From the NCBI GenBank assembly GCA_050273025.1, contig CP158635.1:3038001-3102000 (forward strand): 64,000 nucleotides of DNA, written 5' to 3'. Under the pieces are notes generated by a model. The model saw only the letters and a list, made by a program, of their open reading frames with translations. It did no database searches and was not told the DNA's origin. This stretch comes from Cenococcum geophilum. Its lineage: Eukaryota. Position 1 is the first letter of the stretch. Every line of letters begins with the position of its first letter. A program made the position numbers and the translations under genes. Below, one piece after another: positions 62,773-64,000 of the stretch.

Positions 62773-64000
62773 ATGGCAGTGATGACATCATCTGCCTTCG
62801 ATAAAGCGCCTTACGAGGGCAAGGCGCAACCCGTTCCATCCTCAGATACGATGGCTTTGGATTCAGACATCAACGGGTGAGTCTAGCTCTCTCCATTCAC
62901 CTCATTTCATTGTGCATTTTTCTTTTTCTGTCACAAAGCGCATGTATTTATTGAATGAATTCATTTGCAGAGTCGCGAATAAATATGACGCCCTCTTTGA
63001 CGAACCTGACTCCCACTTCATTGAAAACTCAACTCAGTCCATCTACCCTGAGTCAGATCCTCAACCTACCCTCAACGGCAATCACCTACCAGACGGCACA
63101 ATGCCACCCTTCGATGCGGCAACAGCTCCTATAACGGACGTCTCCAGTGGCATCGCGCCCATTGTGCAATTTCTTCCTGACCACCAAAACGACTCGAATT
63201 CTCTCTTCGACGGCTCCGACATCACCGCGCCTACTTCCACCCTTCCAGCAGTCGAAGCTCCAGTATCGGATCTAAGGCAGGACAAGGATTCAATACCAGG
63301 CGGAGCAACGGAGGAACAAGTCGAGCCAAGTTTAGGAAACATGGAGACTGCGGCTCCTCATGCCAAGATTGTACCTTCGCGGGAGAACTCAGATGTCATG
63401 GATGTGTCCCAGGACCTCCCAAGTGCGCCCGCCTCGGGGGCAAGCTTTATGGATACGTCTGAGGATAACAGGGCGACTCCCGGAACAGAACTCCCTGACC
63501 GTACGGGAAACGACGCCACGGAGCCCACTGCGGATAGGCCCGCATCGCTCCCACTGCAAACTCATCCTTCGATCGAGTCCCCATCCCAAATTCCGTTCAC
63601 CCAGTCACCAACAGCGACCGATCAGGATATGGCTGAGGCGCCTTCATCTGGAAAAGTGCGAACGCGTGAGGACGAGGAGGAGGAAGATGCTCCATCTGCG
63701 AAGCGCACAAAGACTGAAGAAGAGGATGGAGCAGGATTTAAAATTCCCGAGGTACCGGCTCAGAAGGATGCTACTGTCAGCAATGGCAATACCGTTTTTG
63801 GAGACCAAATTTACGCCCAGCTGGCTGAGCAGTACTCTAATTCTCCGATGACAAAGGCGCAGAACAAATTCCTACTTGAGCGCATACGAAATACGAAGAA
63901 GATCAAGGTAGCCTTTGCTTTTAGAGACCCAGTCGATCCCGACGCTCTTGGTATCCCCCAGTATCGTGATTTCATCAAGGAACCAATGGATCTCGGCACT
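62773..64000 (+). CDS. BDF1: BET-family bromodomain protein, 5' part; exon 1 62773-62876, exon 2 from 62971 to the window end
   Basis: MAVMTS start; GTGAGT...TTGCAG intron 62877-62970. The frame reaches bromodomain 1 at the window end: QNKFLLERIRNTKK...FRDPVDPDALGIPQYRDFIKEPMDLGT. Confidence 0.88.

Noticed and set aside
63082..63999. Track ORFs 63082, 63360, 63389 and 63811
   Set aside because: Alternative frames of BDF1 exon 2, which runs off the window without a stop.

Overview
Eukaryotic DNA from a filamentous ascomycete with repeat-induced point mutation (RIP); the species cannot be told from sequence alone. Bases 1-43138 are an AT-rich, TpA-enriched, RIP-degraded nest. Its ground layer is RIP-killed sequence that looks like cellular genes, one with two tandem chromodomain-like repeats. 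Inserted into it are two GalEa-clade Copia elements (5841-12023; 34405-40627), a third Copia element (31591-43138), two gag-only poly(A) retroposons with target-site duplications (TSDs; 13868-18537; 24808-26926), a Tc1/mariner transposon (14111-16478), two solo LTRs and a Helitron 3' end. Bases 43139-50765 are mostly unRIPped. They hold three co-oriented intronless orphan ORFs, an MFS fragment and a 4x GCCAAG (PacC-consensus) array; a fourth, nonsense-interrupted orphan is stranded at 30730-31323 by the Copia insertion. A structurally complete but RIPped Ngaro-type tyrosine-recombinase retrotransposon (50766-55507) ends 62 bp upstream of the TATA box of a PHO89/PHO-4-family phosphate symporter. 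The window ends with a probably truncated ORF, UTP5 and the 5' part of BDF1. Boundaries defined by TSDs, TIRs, LTRs or splice sites were read directly; limits of RIPped gene relics are approximate. No database searches were run.
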